Below, in pieces: positions 63,967 to 64,000 of a stretch of DNA of 64,000 bases. A program made the translations under genes and the position numbers. The stretch is from an uncultured Clostridia bacterium. GTDB taxonomy: Bacteria; Bacillota; Clostridia; TANB77; CAG-508. The DNA lies in assembly GCA_947594065.1 (NCBI GenBank), contig CANQDX010000003.1:499-64498 (forward strand), in the 5' to 3' direction. The notes under the pieces are model-generated. The model was not told the DNA's origin, did no database searches, and saw only the letters and a list, made by a program, of their open reading frames with translations. Numbering within the stretch: position 1 is the stretch's first letter; every line of letters begins with the position of its first letter.

Positions 63967-64000
63967 ATGATTGCAATGTTAGAAAACGTTAAAACCGTTG
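63967..64000 (+). CDS. 5' end of an unidentified gene (runs off the window)
   Basis: ATG after AAGGAGAAG; only MIAMLENVKTV is visible. Confidence 0.3.
   Translation, partial: MIAMLENVKTV

Overview
This is an AT-rich chromosomal window from a low-GC Firmicute that looks Clostridia-like (spoVG, a SpoVD/PBP2B-like PASTA PBP); I cannot name the species. No tRNA, rRNA, CRISPR array, transposase or integrase was seen. Left part (1-7 kb): 3' end of tuf, a RelE/ParE toxin-antitoxin pair with a consensus promoter, plsX-acpP, a small export-family membrane protein, tsaC, a class B PBP and rsmA. Centre (about 6.9-34.3 kb): an accessory surface island. It is a tandemly duplicated two-gene operon (A1-B1 and A2-B2; 1508/2736 and 1525/2158 aa) encoding giant wall-associated proteins, followed by one sortase gene and a GH73+3xSH3b autolysin. 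The B proteins have an N-terminal Cys...Gln domain that resembles thioester (TQxA-type) adhesin domains, then 6+1 or 3+1 Ig-like repeats and SdrD-B-like modules. The A proteins carry DUF11-type repeats. All four end in non-canonical sorting-signal-like tails (SIKTG or HPKLG). A degenerate relic of the rsmA 3' end marks the duplication junction. Right part (34-64 kb): dapA, a CaCA antiporter, two membrane proteins, murC and spoVG. These are followed by a complete S10-spc-alpha ribosomal cluster (rpsJ to rplQ, with secY, adk, map, infA, rpmJ and rpoA but no rpmD). Housekeeping genes close the window: an XRE regulator, ruvA, rarA, a split and frameshifted TSUP pair, a Cys-rich protein, cdaA, truA and a phosphodiester glycosidase. 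Two spacers inside the ribosomal cluster are unusually long. They share a structured hairpin module whose helices differ by compensatory base changes. The most interesting items are the paired giant-adhesin/sortase island with putative covalent-binding domains, and this repeated RNA-like element inside the r-protein operons.
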